From Candidatus Bathyarchaeia archaeon (lineage in GTDB: Archaea; Thermoproteota; Bathyarchaeia; Bathyarchaeales; Bathycorpusculaceae): a stretch of 64,000 nt of DNA. The stretch covers positions 1 through 64,000 of the forward strand of contig JBEKWR010000001.1 in NCBI GenBank assembly GCA_049512935.1, in the 5' to 3' direction. A program made the position numbers and the translations under genes. The notes under the pieces are model-generated. The model did no database searches and was not told the origin of the DNA. It saw only the letters and a program-made list of their open reading frames with translations. This document shows, in pieces, positions 30,112-40,362 of the stretch (positions are counted from its first letter, which is position 1; each line of letters begins with the position of its first letter).

Positions 30112-30258
30112 CTACTCTTTCTTTTCTCCGCCCCGTCCCCGCCACATTTCCTGCATATGCATAGGCATCTTTTCTATCGCGTCTTTCGCCAGATCCATCA
30201 ATTCTTCGTTTACCTCAACCTCAACTGTAAGCTTGAGTTTACCCTTCTTTTCTTGCAT
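30112..30258 (-). CDS. Small 48-aa protein absent from the ORF track
   Basis: ATG 1 nt after the upstream stop, with a GGAGGTG SD-like sequence ahead; MQEKKGKLKLTVEVEVNEELMDLAKDAIEKMPMHMQEMWRGRGGEKKE. Confidence 0.7.
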   Translation of the reverse strand: MQEKKGKLKLTVEVEVNEELMDLAKDAIEKMPMHMQEMWRGRGGEKKE

Positions 30259-30259
30259 T

Positions 30260-30562
30260 TCAGTCATGGAACCACCTCCTGAACCTGCTTAACTGCCGTG
30301 GAAACAAGTTACCAAGAAGATGAACCGCCTGCATGCCAGTAAGATCCAAATCCACCTCGATACGGTAGTGGAACTTTGCCAGCCGTTTGGTCTTGGTTTT
30401 GTAATCTCCGATTGCCCCCGCCTCCTTGAACTTGTGCAGTTGCTGATTTACGAGAACCGTGATAGCCGTCGGCGCCAAGGGTTCGAAAACAAAAAGGAGT
30501 CTTAAAAGAACACGGATGACGCTCTCCAATAGGGATTCAGACACAGATTCTTTCTCAGTCAT
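30260..30562 (-). CDS. Hypothetical protein
   Basis: 100-aa ORF from ATG 30562, coupled to the small downstream ORF. Confidence 0.65.
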   Translation of the reverse strand: MTEKESVSESLLESVIRVLLRLLFVFEPLAPTAITVLVNQQLHKFKEAGAIGDYKTKTKRLAKFHYRIEVDLDLTGMQAVHLLGNLFPRQLSRFRRWFHD

Positions 30563-30695
30563 TTGTAGCCCTTCAAAATACGTAACGCAAATCCTTTTGC
30601 ATGCCTCATTAAGCAGAAGCAAGAACTCACTTAAGAATGCAACGCGATTTTTTTAAGGTTGTGTGACTGTCATAAGACGACAACAAGTGACTATT

Positions 30696-31205
30696 ATGGC
30701 GCTCGAAGAACTAGCCTATCAAATTTACGGGTGCAAAAAATGTAGGCTCTGGCAAGGTGCAAAACATGGCGTGCCAGGCGAAGGACCAGCGAGTGCTAAA
30801 GTCATGCTTATCGGGCAAAACCCGGGAGCACATGAAGATGAGGTTGGCAGACCTTTCGTTGGAAGGTCAGGCAGATTTCTAAACAAGGTTTTGGCTGAAA
30901 ACGGGTTGAAACGCGAAGAGCTCTTCATAACAAGCATTGTGAAGCATGTCTCGCCGAAAAACCGAAAACCTTACCCTGACGAAGTCGCGGCATGCTTACC
31001 CTACTTAACCGCTCAAATCAGCGTTATCAAACCAAAAATAATCGTTCTGCTCGGCCAATCAGCGAAGGAAACCCCACGGTTTGAGGGAATCGAGTACATT
31101 GAAGCCATTCATCCCTCGGCAGCCATGCGTTTTAAGAAGATGCGAAACAAGTTTGAAGGGCAAATTGCTGAACTAGCAAAGAGAATGGCAAGCCTTGACG
31201 CCTGA
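30696..31205 (+). CDS. udg: Uracil-DNA glycosylase, family 4
   Basis: C..C.L, VPGEG, GQNPG..ED..GRPFVGRSG, HPSA. Confidence 0.9.
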   Translation: MALEELAYQIYGCKKCRLWQGAKHGVPGEGPASAKVMLIGQNPGAHEDEVGRPFVGRSGRFLNKVLAENGLKREELFITSIVKHVSPKNRKPYPDEVAACLPYLTAQISVIKPKIIVLLGQSAKETPRFEGIEYIEAIHPSAAMRFKKMRNKFEGQIAELAKRMASLDA

Positions 31206-31369
31206 AAACAAAAAAGACTGAGATTCACCATTTTTGTGCATAATTCAAGCCGCTTTTTAGCGGCTCAACTGCTTTAATCACCGGTATTGACGCCAGTTCG
31301 AAAATTGCAGAACTGAACCTCTTTATATCAAGCGTTTATTTTCTAATTTAAGAAGCATTGAGAGGCGGC

Positions 31370-32298
31370 TTGGCACGATCGAGACTGAGAACCTTACGAG
31401 GAAGTTCGGCGACCTCATTGCCGTCGACAACTTGACCCTCCGCGTGAACAAGGGCGAAGTCTTCGGCTTCCTCGGACCCAACGGCGCAGGAAAAACCACC
31501 ACGGTGCGGATGCTCTGCTGCCTGATATCCAAGACAAGCGGCAAAGCCAAAATTGGCGATTACGAGATTGGCAGCCAAGAAAACGCCTTAAAAATCAGGA
31601 AGATGATCGGGCTTGTCCCCGACAACGTGGGTCTCTACGAGTCTCTCACCGCCTATGAGAACCTGGACTATTACGGGACGCTGTACAGGCGTACTGACGC
31701 CCAGCGGAAGGAGAGCAACGAGTACTTTCTCAAGTTGCTTGGTCTATGGGAGAAGAGGGACGCTTTGGCTGGGACGTTTTCGAAGGGAATGAAGCAAAAG
31801 CTTGCCATAGCACGGGCACTCGTGCATGATCCCGAAATTCTTTTCATGGATGAGCCGACGGCGAACCTTGACCCGGAGTCGGCGAAGACAGTTCGGGAAT
31901 TTATTCTTGAGCTGAAGAGCCAGAAGAAAACGATTTTTCTGAACACGCACAACCTCGATGAGGCACAGAGAATCTGCGATAGAATCGCGATACTGAATAC
32001 CAAGCTGATGGCGGTGGGCACCGCCCAAGAGCTCGAAAAATCTGTCCACGGAAGAAAAACCGTTATTCATCTAAGACAAGTGGATGAAGCGATTTTGGAT
32101 TCACTCAAGAAGCTACGGGTTAAAAACTTGGTCAGAGAGGGTAACAAGTTAACGGTTGATGTCGTGAATCCTGAAGAGGAGAACCCTGACATCGTAAGCG
32201 CTATAGACACAGCGGGAGGGCGCATCGAAACCGTTACGGTGATTGGCAGTTCACTCGAAGACGCATACCTAAAACTAGTGAGGGAAAATAAACAATGA
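31370..32298 (+). CDS. ABC-2 exporter ATP-binding subunit (start anomalous)
   Basis: GPNGAGKTT, FSKGMKQK, MDEPT. Homologous frame extends to about 31372 (GTIETENLTRKFG) but the TTG at 31370 is one base out of frame. Confidence 0.9.
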
Positions 32299-33026
32299 CC
32301 AATTGGATGCCTTGGAAGATAGCGCGCAAAGAGTTGAAGGTGATCCGCAGAAAAAAAAGCATAATGTTCTACACCATCGCGCTCCCCTTCCTCCTCGCGG
32401 CTCTTTTTTCACTCGTCATAAGAAACGACGTAGCCTCCGGAATCCCCAGTAATCTTCAACTTGGCGCAGAATCCATCCTTTACTTCTTCGTTGTTTTGGC
32501 GGCTGTTCTTCCCAGCACCATTGCAGGCTACAGTATAGTGGGCGAAAAGATTGAGAAGACATTGGAGCCGCTGCTCGCGACCCCAACGACAGACGGCGAA
32601 ATTCTCCTTGGAAAAAGCCTCGCAGCGTTCCTGCCGCCAATGCTTTCGATGTGGGCTGGAGCATCAACCTTCATGGCGGTAGCCGACTACATACTGCGCA
32701 ACGCAGGGTTAAGCTACTATTATTTTCCCAATTGGAACGCAGCTGTTATGCTACTAATCCTCGCGCCTCTCGCAGCCATTTTCAGCGTCGAAGCAGGCGT
32801 GCTTGCTTCCTCAAGGGTGACCGACGTGCGGGGTGCAAACCAGATCGCGGGGCTCATGTTTGTTCCGTTCATGGCTGTCTTCGTTGCAGGAGTGGAAGGA
32901 ATAATTACGTTGAGCATCACAACCCTTCTTATATTCGCGGGCGGTGTAGCGATTTTTGATGTGGGTCTTTATTTCGTGAGCAAAGGAACTTTCAGACGAG
33001 AAGAGATACTTACGAAGTGGAAATGA
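32295..33026 (+). CDS. ABC-2 exporter permease
   Basis: IARKEL, SIVGEK..KTLEPLLATP, ILLGK; about 6 TM segments. Confidence 0.9.
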   Translation: MTNWMPWKIARKELKVIRRKKSIMFYTIALPFLLAALFSLVIRNDVASGIPSNLQLGAESILYFFVVLAAVLPSTIAGYSIVGEKIEKTLEPLLATPTTDGEILLGKSLAAFLPPMLSMWAGASTFMAVADYILRNAGLSYYYFPNWNAAVMLLILAPLAAIFSVEAGVLASSRVTDVRGANQIAGLMFVPFMAVFVAGVEGIITLSITTLLIFAGGVAIFDVGLYFVSKGTFRREEILTKWK

Positions 33027-33099
33027 GGGTTAATTTAGTCTTAAATACATGAACGAGCAACATGGAAACCATTAGCAGCCTACCCATCGTGATCCACAA

Positions 33100-34101
33100 A
33101 TGAGCAATCCTGAAAATTCTTCGGTGAAAACCACCAATCCCAGTACAGCCAACATGCCGATGAGCCGAAAAAACATTGTGAACGTGAACCACCTCCGCAA
33201 GGTGTATGGCTCAACGGTCGCAGTTGACGATGTGTCGTTCTCTATTGCTGAAGGCGAGGTTTTCGGCATCATAGGACCCAACGGGGCAGGTAAAACCACC
33301 ACGGTTGAGTGTATTTCAGGGCTTCGTGTTCCAGATTCGGGGTCCGCCACTATTTACGGTCTTAGCCCAAAGAATGACCGCGAAGAAGTCCGCAAATGTG
33401 TAGGAGTCCAGCTTCAGGAAAGTGCATTGCCTCCCCGCATCAAAGTCTGGGAAGCCCTAGACTTGTTTGCGTCTTTCTACTCAAACCCTCTGGATTCCCG
33501 CGAGTTGCTGGAGACGCTTGGGATAGCGAATAAGCGAAACTCCACATTCAAGAAGCTGTCTGGCGGTCAAAAGCAGAGGCTTTCAATCGCGCTAGCGCTC
33601 ATCGGAAATCCTAAAATCGCCATTTTGGACGAGTTGACCACGGGTCTTGATCCCGAGGCGAGACGCGAAACCTGGGGTCTTATCGAGCGGATTAGAGATC
33701 GGGGCGTGACGGTGATTCTTGTTACGCATTACATGGATGAAGCTGAAAGGCTCTGTGACCGAGTAGCCCTGATCAACCGTGGCAGACTTATCGCGCTTGA
33801 TACTCCAGCGGCTATGGCAGCCCGCGAAGGAGGCGAAGTGCACATGCAGTTCGTGCCTTCAGGAACCGTGGATGACAAGGTTCTATCTGCCCTACCCGGC
33901 GTGACCTCGGTTGAGCACAGGGGATCACGCGTTGTTGTTGCGGGTTCAGGGGATTTGACTACTATCGTGCTCTATGCCCTCCTAAACATGGGTGTGCAGG
34001 CGTCGGATGTTCAGGTGAAAAGCGGCAACCTCGAAGACGCCTTCGTCAGACTCACAAAGACAGATGACAGCCCCAAAAAAAGTGAGGTGAGCAAACAATG
34101 A
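33100..34101 (+). CDS. ABC-2 exporter ATP-binding subunit
   Basis: GPNGAGKTT, LSGGQKQR, LDELTTGLDP. Confidence 0.92.
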   Translation: MSNPENSSVKTTNPSTANMPMSRKNIVNVNHLRKVYGSTVAVDDVSFSIAEGEVFGIIGPNGAGKTTTVECISGLRVPDSGSATIYGLSPKNDREEVRKCVGVQLQESALPPRIKVWEALDLFASFYSNPLDSRELLETLGIANKRNSTFKKLSGGQKQRLSIALALIGNPKIAILDELTTGLDPEARRETWGLIERIRDRGVTVILVTHYMDEAERLCDRVALINRGRLIALDTPAAMAAREGGEVHMQFVPSGTVDDKVLSALPGVTSVEHRGSRVVVAGSGDLTTIVLYALLNMGVQASDVQVKSGNLEDAFVRLTKTDDSPKKSEVSKQ

Positions 34102-34874
34102 CCACTCAGGATTCCAAAGCAGCGGTTCAAAAGCCCCAGAAGCCTTTCTGGGAACTTGTCAAAGTCCAGGGAAAGCTTGCTCTTAGGGAGCCGACCAGCC
34201 TGGTTTTCGGCGTTGCACTTCCAGTGTTCTTGCTGGTAATATTCGGCTTGATTCCAGCTTTCAACAAGCCCCTTGCCGGCACCAATCTGACAGTTTTCCA
34301 AATTTACATCCCCATCCTCATGGTGACCGCGCTGATAATGATCGGGCTGATAGGCCTGCCTATTCCAATCGTGAGAGACCGCGAGATCGGCTATCTCAGG
34401 CGAGTCTCCACCACACCCGTGTCGCCGACCAAGCTGTTGGCTGCGCAGGTGACAATCAACCTTATCCTTGCGGTGGTAGCCTTCGTGATAGTTGGGGCTG
34501 GAAGCGTCTTAATCTTCGGGGTGAAGGTAACGTTAGAGATTCCTGGATTCGTTCTCTCGATAGCGTTGGCAACGACCGCAATGTTTTCTCTGGGATTGCT
34601 TATAGCTGCGCTGGCAGGTACTCAGGGGGCGGCTAATGGGATGGCGATGGGTCTTCTTTATCCGCTGCTGTTTTTCGCGGGGGTCTACGTTCCCATGCAG
34701 ATTTTACCCGGTTACCTGCAGACAATCAGCTACTACACGCCCGTGGGCGCGGCAGTGAAAGCCCTCACAAGCACCATCCAAGGCAACTTCCCCTCGCCGA
34801 TTCCGCTGGCGGTGATGGCTGCCTACTCAGCGTTCTTCAGCTACATCGCCGTACGATACTTCAAATGGGAATAA
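34098..34874 (+). CDS. ABC-2 exporter permease
   Basis: RE.GYLRR..TTP motif, 6 TM segments, ends RYFKWE. Confidence 0.9.
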   Translation: MTTQDSKAAVQKPQKPFWELVKVQGKLALREPTSLVFGVALPVFLLVIFGLIPAFNKPLAGTNLTVFQIYIPILMVTALIMIGLIGLPIPIVRDREIGYLRRVSTTPVSPTKLLAAQVTINLILAVVAFVIVGAGSVLIFGVKVTLEIPGFVLSIALATTAMFSLGLLIAALAGTQGAANGMAMGLLYPLLFFAGVYVPMQILPGYLQTISYYTPVGAAVKALTSTIQGNFPSPIPLAVMAAYSAFFSYIAVRYFKWE

Positions 34875-34935
34875 GAACCCCGCCGAAACCCAACCGCCCA
34901 AAACCGACTATGCCGCCAACATGGAGTCAACATGG

Positions 34936-35066
34936 AAAGTCGCAACCCGACAAAGCTAAAGTCGCATCACACAAAAAGAATCAAACACTAAACCCAAAAA
35001 GCAACCCAAAACGCAAAAAGCCACGCGTGAAAGTCGCAACTTTCGCCAGCCGCGAAGTCGCAACTT
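34936..35066 (+). repeat. Four copies of (A/G)AAGTCGCA(A/T)C
   Basis: Copies start at 34936, 34958, 35030 and 35054. Confidence 0.85.
34981..35012 (+). repeat. Dispersed 32-bp intergenic motif, copy A
   Basis: TCAAACACTAAACCCAAAAAGCAACCCAAAAC; matches copies at 43236 (+) and 48517 (-). Confidence 0.75.
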
Positions 35067-35120
35067 AAAAAAACCTTGAAACTTTTATATATTTCAGATG
35101 CCAATTCATTGTTGAGTGTC

Positions 35121-35429
35121 ATGGCTGAAGTTTGTACAACATGCGGGCTTCCAAAGGACTTATGCGTTTGTGGAGAAATAGAGAAAGAGCAACAGAGAAT
35201 ACGCGTCCGACTTGAAACACGGAAATTTGGCAGACCAACCACCGTCATCGACGGCATGGAAGACAAAAACATAAACCTGGCAAGCATCGCTCAAAAACTC
35301 AAAACCTACTGTGCTTGCGGAGGAACCAGCAAAAACGGCCAAATTATGCTGCAGGGAGATCACCGAGACAGAATACGCGAATTCTTGTTGAAACTTGGTT
35401 ATCCACAGGAAAACATTGAAGTACAGTAA
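35121..35429 (+). CDS. Translation initiation factor aIF-1 (SUI1)
   Basis: CTTCGLPKDLCVC, LKTYCACGGT, LQGDHR; BRE/TATA GAAACTTTTATAT at about 35078-35090. Confidence 0.95.
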   Translation: MAEVCTTCGLPKDLCVCGEIEKEQQRIRVRLETRKFGRPTTVIDGMEDKNINLASIAQKLKTYCACGGTSKNGQIMLQGDHRDRIREFLLKLGYPQENIEVQ

Positions 35430-35459
35430 ACGCATGGTCTAAAACGTAAGGCGCAATTA

Positions 35460-35699
35460 ATGAAGTTAGATGACGTTCGCGAAGTATTCAAGTCCATTAA
35501 ACACCGTAAGCCAACGCAGATTTTTTGCCCATCCTGCGGCAGCCCGAAAATAAAGCTGGCAACAGGCCTCACCATCGGTGGATTAGCGCCTAAACAATAC
35601 TACTGCGAAAAATGCGGCTACGTGGGAACAGTAGTTATGGAACTTGAAGAAGACAAAAGCTTAAAGAACGAAAAAGAAAAAGAAGAAACTGACGCTTGA
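35460..35699 (+). CDS. Small zinc-ribbon protein
   Basis: CPSCGS and YYCEKCGYVG. Confidence 0.8.
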   Translation: MKLDDVREVFKSIKHRKPTQIFCPSCGSPKIKLATGLTIGGLAPKQYYCEKCGYVGTVVMELEEDKSLKNEKEKEETDA

Positions 35700-35719
35700 C
35701 TAAAAAAAGAAAAGCGCCT

Positions 35720-36658
35720 TTAGTCGGGCAACTCGAGATTTAGCTGTTTCTTAAGTGTCTTGTAGCGGTTACGAACCGTCACTTCTGTCACGCCTGCGGC
35801 TTCAGCGATGTCTTTCTGAGTCTTCTTCTCGTTATTCTGCAAGCAAGCAATGTACAAAGCAGCAGCAGCTAAACCCATCGGGTCCTTTCCCGCAGCGGCA
35901 CGCTTGCGCCTCGCGTCTCTGAGAATCTGGATGGCAGCACCCTGAGTTTTTCCCGAAATACCAGTTTTCTCCGCGATTTTTGACACGTAAGTCAATGGGT
36001 CAGCGATAGGCATGTGAACTTCAAGCTCACGAAGCAGCAGCCTGTAGCATCTTGCAACGTCTTTCTTGTCAACAAGGCTCGCTTCAGCAATCTCGCGCAA
36101 AGTTCGAGGCGTTCCACTTCCACGGCAAGCAGCATAAAGCGACGCAGCAGCTATGGCAGCAATTGATCTTCCCCGAACTAAGCCCTTGTCTAAGGCTTTA
36201 CGATAAACGACAGCGGCTTTTTCTTTGATTGGGGGTGGAATGTAGACTTTGTCTGAAAGCCTGTCGAGTTCCGCCATGGCTTGAGCAAGATTTCGGTCGA
36301 TAGACGAGTGAACACGGCTTCGTATTTGCCATTTCCTCAAACGCCACATTTGCAGCCTTGTGGAGAGGGGCAGTTTTCTTCCAAACGCGTCGCGATCTAC
36401 TTGGCTAATGGCTGTGGATAAGCCTTTGTCATGGACAGAGTAGGATGTGGGAACCCCAACGCGGCTCCTGGACGCTTTTTCTTCCTGCGTAAACGCGCGC
36501 CATTCAGGACCTTTATCCATCATTTGTTCGTACAGGACCAACCCACAATCGCCGCACACGGTTTCACCCGTGTCATAATCATGAACTAAGTTTTCGCTAC
36601 CGCATTCAGGACACTTATCAACCAAGCGCTGTTGTGGATGGACCTCTTTTTTGCTCAA
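35720..36658 (-). CDS. tfb: Transcription initiation factor IIB
   Basis: CPECGS zinc ribbon, GPEWRAF, cyclin repeats, VTEVTVRNRYK; TTG at 36658 after a GAGGTG SD. Confidence 0.98.
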   Translation of the reverse strand: MSKKEVHPQQRLVDKCPECGSENLVHDYDTGETVCGDCGLVLYEQMMDKGPEWRAFTQEEKASRSRVGVPTSYSVHDKGLSTAISQVDRDAFGRKLPLSTRLQMWRLRKWQIRSRVHSSIDRNLAQAMAELDRLSDKVYIPPPIKEKAAVVYRKALDKGLVRGRSIAAIAAASLYAACRGSGTPRTLREIAEASLVDKKDVARCYRLLLRELEVHMPIADPLTYVSKIAEKTGISGKTQGAAIQILRDARRKRAAAGKDPMGLAAAALYIACLQNNEKKTQKDIAEAAGVTEVTVRNRYKTLKKQLNLELPD

Positions 36659-37057
36659 TATTCTACACCTCATTTCAATATGCGTAGAACCGTCACTATA
36701 GTCCAAACAAGGGCAAGAAAATAGTAAATTCGGCCCGCGCAAACTAAGCAAAGTTGATATTTACCTATTTAAGCTTTGTGGTATTAATAAATGTATTGCA
36801 CAAGATGATTTCGATTATTCAAAGAGGAAACGCAAATCCACCATGGAAAAAACGCAAAAACTTGCTTAACAGAGCCCTTTTTACGCGCGCAAGACCCTGA
36901 AAAAAAGAAAACAAAAATTTGATAGGCAAGCTGCAAACGAACGCTAAGCGCCGAAACTGCTCAGTGGAGAAACTTCGGCATCACAAGTGCCTCAGCTTAA
37001 GTCTTATTAGCCAAGGTTCGCGTATGTAAGTGTACTTCGAGGAAAAAGGGGAAAAAG

Positions 37058-38239
37058 GTGGCTAAAAACAGCGGCTTCTTTGCTCCTGCAGACCTAATTC
37101 GAACTGTGGCAATCGTAGGGGTCATTCTGCTCCACGCATCCAACGACTTAACCCTCGAACAGATGAACTGGTTCGAAATCGTCCGCTGGAACACCGTCAC
37201 CGTCTACCAGAGTGTAGGAAGACTGGGAGTTCCCCTGTTTCTGTTGTTGACTGGCGCACTGCTGCTTCAACCGAGCAAAATCAGCGAGCCCATCGGGACA
37301 TTTTTTAAGAAACGCTTGGCTCGAATAGGGTTACCCTTCATTTTTTGGGGTGCCGTCTACTATGTCTGGGACTTCTTTGTCGTCCATCAAATCAACAGCC
37401 AACCGATCACTACAAACTCCATCATTCAAGGCATACTAACTGGCCCGTACTACCAATTCTGGTACCTCTACCTGCTTCTGGGTCTCTACCTTGTCACGCC
37501 GATCTTGCGCGTTGTGATTGCTCACGCGGAACGCAACCTCATCAAGTACCTTTTGATACTTTGGTTCTTAGGCGCCTCCCTCTTGCCAGTCATATACTTG
37601 GTGACGCCGTACCGTTTAGACAGCAACGTCTTAACATTCACAAGTTATGCCGGATACTTCATTTTAGGCGCTTACCTGATAACCGTCCAAATGCGCCGCC
37701 GCAGCCTTGCAATCTTGCTGACTCTTGGAGTCGCTTTGACAGTGCTCGGCACCTATCAGATCGCGCACACCATCGGAGGACCCGAAATGTGGTTCTTCCA
37801 AGATTACCTTAGCCCAACAATCATCTTGGCGTCTGCAACGCTGTTCATGCTGCTGATTTCTCTGCAGACACCTCCGGTTGAGGCACCCGCCATTAAAGCA
37901 CCTTCACTTCAGGCGTCGTCGGTTCAAGCGTCGGCGCTTCAGGCAACCACAGAACAGGCAACAAGCCCAAGTCAGAAAGAGACAAGCCAGGATCACCCCC
38001 GCTTATCCAACGGAAGAAAACTGCTCATCATAATTAGCGCAAACACTCTGCCGCTGTACCTGTTCCACGTGATGGTGCTTGAAACCCTTCAAAAAGGCTA
38101 TTTAGGCTTCGCAATCAACGGCAACACAATCAACTCCATCGTTGGCATTCCCCTGAACACGGTGATAGTCCTCTTCGTGAGCTTAGGAATAATCCTAGCG
38201 CTGAAAAAAGTTCCAGTTTTAAAACAGCTGGTCGGTTGA
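37058..38239 (+). CDS. Acyltransferase family 3 (OafA/WecH-like) membrane protein
   Basis: D.IR.VAI.GVILLH, VPLF.LLTG, KR..RI..PF..W, WYL, YLFH. Confidence 0.88.
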   Translation: MAKNSGFFAPADLIRTVAIVGVILLHASNDLTLEQMNWFEIVRWNTVTVYQSVGRLGVPLFLLLTGALLLQPSKISEPIGTFFKKRLARIGLPFIFWGAVYYVWDFFVVHQINSQPITTNSIIQGILTGPYYQFWYLYLLLGLYLVTPILRVVIAHAERNLIKYLLILWFLGASLLPVIYLVTPYRLDSNVLTFTSYAGYFILGAYLITVQMRRRSLAILLTLGVALTVLGTYQIAHTIGGPEMWFFQDYLSPTIILASATLFMLLISLQTPPVEAPAIKAPSLQASSVQASALQATTEQATSPSQKETSQDHPRLSNGRKLLIIISANTLPLYLFHVMVLETLQKGYLGFAINGNTINSIVGIPLNTVIVLFVSLGIILALKKVPVLKQLVG

Positions 38240-38348
38240 ATGCCCACTCGCTTGGCGGATGCGATGCACGCTTCAGGTTGGAATTGTAAGAACGCTTATT
38301 AGGAAAAAAATTGTCCTTAAACTCTAGCCCAGACTGAAAAAGCGTTGA

Positions 38349-38424
38349 AGCCCGGTGGTGTAGTGGTCAAGCATAGAGGGCTTTGGACCCTCCGACGAGA
38401 GTTCGAATCTCTCCCGGGCTACCA
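38349..38424 (+). tRNA. tRNA-Gln (TTG), CCA encoded
   Basis: AGCCCGG/CCGGGCT acceptor stem, GAGGG-CTTTGGA-CCCTC anticodon arm, GTTCGAATC. Confidence 0.96.
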
Positions 38425-38537
38425 TTCCTAAGCTATAATTTATACCGTTTTTGGAGTATCACTTGATTTCTGAAAACAAAAATGATGCAAACGACGACTG
38501 CTGCCACACGCAACGTGTTCATGTGAATAAGCACCAT

Positions 38538-40316
38538 CTAGTCCTTTGCGTGCTTTTTTTCTTTTCCTAAATACCAGTACAGGCCAACTAAAACTATTGC
38601 CCCAATAGCTACAGCAACCCCTACTCCATAAATTACTTCATGAAGCAAATTTGACTGCGCTGTAGAGTTATTAGAAGATGTTGTGAATACGATGGATATT
38701 TGGTGTGTACTGAAGTGGGTTGTGTACCATACGTAGTAGTTGCTGCTGTCTTGGGTGTAGCCTTGGTTTTGAGCTGGTTGACCGTCTATGTAGATTACCG
38801 GGGTGGTTCCATAAGGTACTGCACTTATTGGAATAGTTATATTACTAAAGCCTGTGGTGCCGCTTTCGCCTGTCACAGTGAAAGACACAGTTGTTGTGTT
38901 GTCGAACTGGTCTGTTGAGATTGTGACGTTGGACATCTGTGAACTGGTTATGTTTCCACTGATTGCAAGGTTAACCTTTGAGCCATTATCTATCGTTGCA
39001 GGCACAGTCGTTGGTGTTGGCGTTTGGGAAGGTGTTTGAACAGGCGTAGGTGTGGGTGTAGGATTATTTGGCGTTAATATTGTTAACGCAGCTTGTGCAG
39101 TCGGGTTGTTTTCATCACATTCTCCTCCGAGAACGATATTATTGTTGGTATCTAAGACTAAGGTATTATCATCGTAGTGTACTTGAATTCCAGTAAAAAC
39201 TTGTAGTTGTGTGCTGCCACTATACAAAGCCCAATAGCCTCCAACTCCGTATGCTGCGATGCTTGCATCGCATTTGTCTAATATTAGAACTTGACCGTTT
39301 AGAAGGGGTATGATGTTTGCGTAGCGTTGGCCATAGCCATTTGGCTCAATCATAGGCAAGCTTGCAAAACAGGATGTTGTTGTACCGTTATAAATGTAAT
39401 AATTGAATACTCCCGTGCTATTCATTGAACAACTAAAGTAAACATTTGTTCCGTCAGAACTGACAAAGCATCTATTTCCGCTGCCGCCGATAAAAGTAGA
39501 ACTATAGGAACCTGCTTGATATACGGAAGTCAATGTTGGCGTTCCTTTCATATTTAAGCTAAATAAATCGGCTCCATAACCAACTCTCCATCCTAATATA
39601 AAACCTAGTCCGAGAGATCGGTCATAAGTGAACATGTGCTCGCTGGATGTGAGATCTATGTTTGGGTCGGTGCTGGAAGTCATATTGAAATAAAAGTTCC
39701 AGTCGGCTTGATTGAAAAGATTATTTGGTGAAGCGGTTATTATGTCGCCATCATATGAGCCTGTGTTTACCGCAGTTATAACAAATTCATCAAGAGATTG
39801 AATGTAGTACAATTGTGTAACGTAATGACAGTTAGGTACAAGCTGCATATCATTGAATGCGTGTGTGCTAGTGTTAAAACTGCCTATAAAGCCACATAGA
39901 CTTGAATTGTTAATTTGTCCGCAAATGTAAATGGTATTGTTTGAAAATGAGGGATAAGTGTAGACATTGAAATCACAGTAACCTTGACTTGTTTGCGACA
40001 GCAGACTGACTGGTTGCCATGCATTATTGGCACTCCAAACTTGAATTATACCGTTAGCGCCGCCTGCACCGTTATAATTTTGCCAACTTGTTGTACTTAA
40101 AACAAAAATATAGTTTTGACCGTTGAGAACTGCAGGCTTCTGGTCTTGCGTATCGGGCGATGCGGATGTTACTCCAGCAAAAGACATAGTGTATAAGCCA
40201 CTGCCGCTTGTAGGGCTTTGAGCCTTACCCAAATGCACCGCAGTAACTCCAACCATCGTGAATACTAAGAGTGCCAAGATTAATGGTAGTGTTAATGCTG
40301 TCCTTTTCATAAGCAC
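38538..40316 (-). CDS. Secreted surface protein: AT-rich beta-rich passenger, PT linker, C-terminal beta domain and TM anchor
   Basis: Signal peptide MKRTALTL, PTPTPTP linker, YYVWYTTHFSTH domain, TM with basic tail. Confidence 0.8.
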   Translation of the reverse strand: MLMKRTALTLPLILALLVFTMVGVTAVHLGKAQSPTSGSGLYTMSFAGVTSASPDTQDQKPAVLNGQNYIFVLSTTSWQNYNGAGGANGIIQVWSANNAWQPVSLLSQTSQGYCDFNVYTYPSFSNNTIYICGQINNSSLCGFIGSFNTSTHAFNDMQLVPNCHYVTQLYYIQSLDEFVITAVNTGSYDGDIITASPNNLFNQADWNFYFNMTSSTDPNIDLTSSEHMFTYDRSLGLGFILGWRVGYGADLFSLNMKGTPTLTSVYQAGSYSSTFIGGSGNRCFVSSDGTNVYFSCSMNSTGVFNYYIYNGTTTSCFASLPMIEPNGYGQRYANIIPLLNGQVLILDKCDASIAAYGVGGYWALYSGSTQLQVFTGIQVHYDDNTLVLDTNNNIVLGGECDENNPTAQAALTILTPNNPTPTPTPVQTPSQTPTPTTVPATIDNGSKVNLAISGNITSSQMSNVTISTDQFDNTTTVSFTVTGESGTTGFSNITIPISAVPYGTTPVIYIDGQPAQNQGYTQDSSNYYVWYTTHFSTHQISIVFTTSSNNSTAQSNLLHEVIYGVGVAVAIGAIVLVGLYWYLGKEKKHAKD

Positions 40317-40362
40317 CAGTTAATAATATGTCTGGCGTGAATTCATGCTTTTCGCTTCAAAA

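Noticed and set aside
29822-30145. Overlapping 94-aa and 61-aa ORFs
   Set aside because: No motifs or SD; probably non-coding DNA between genes
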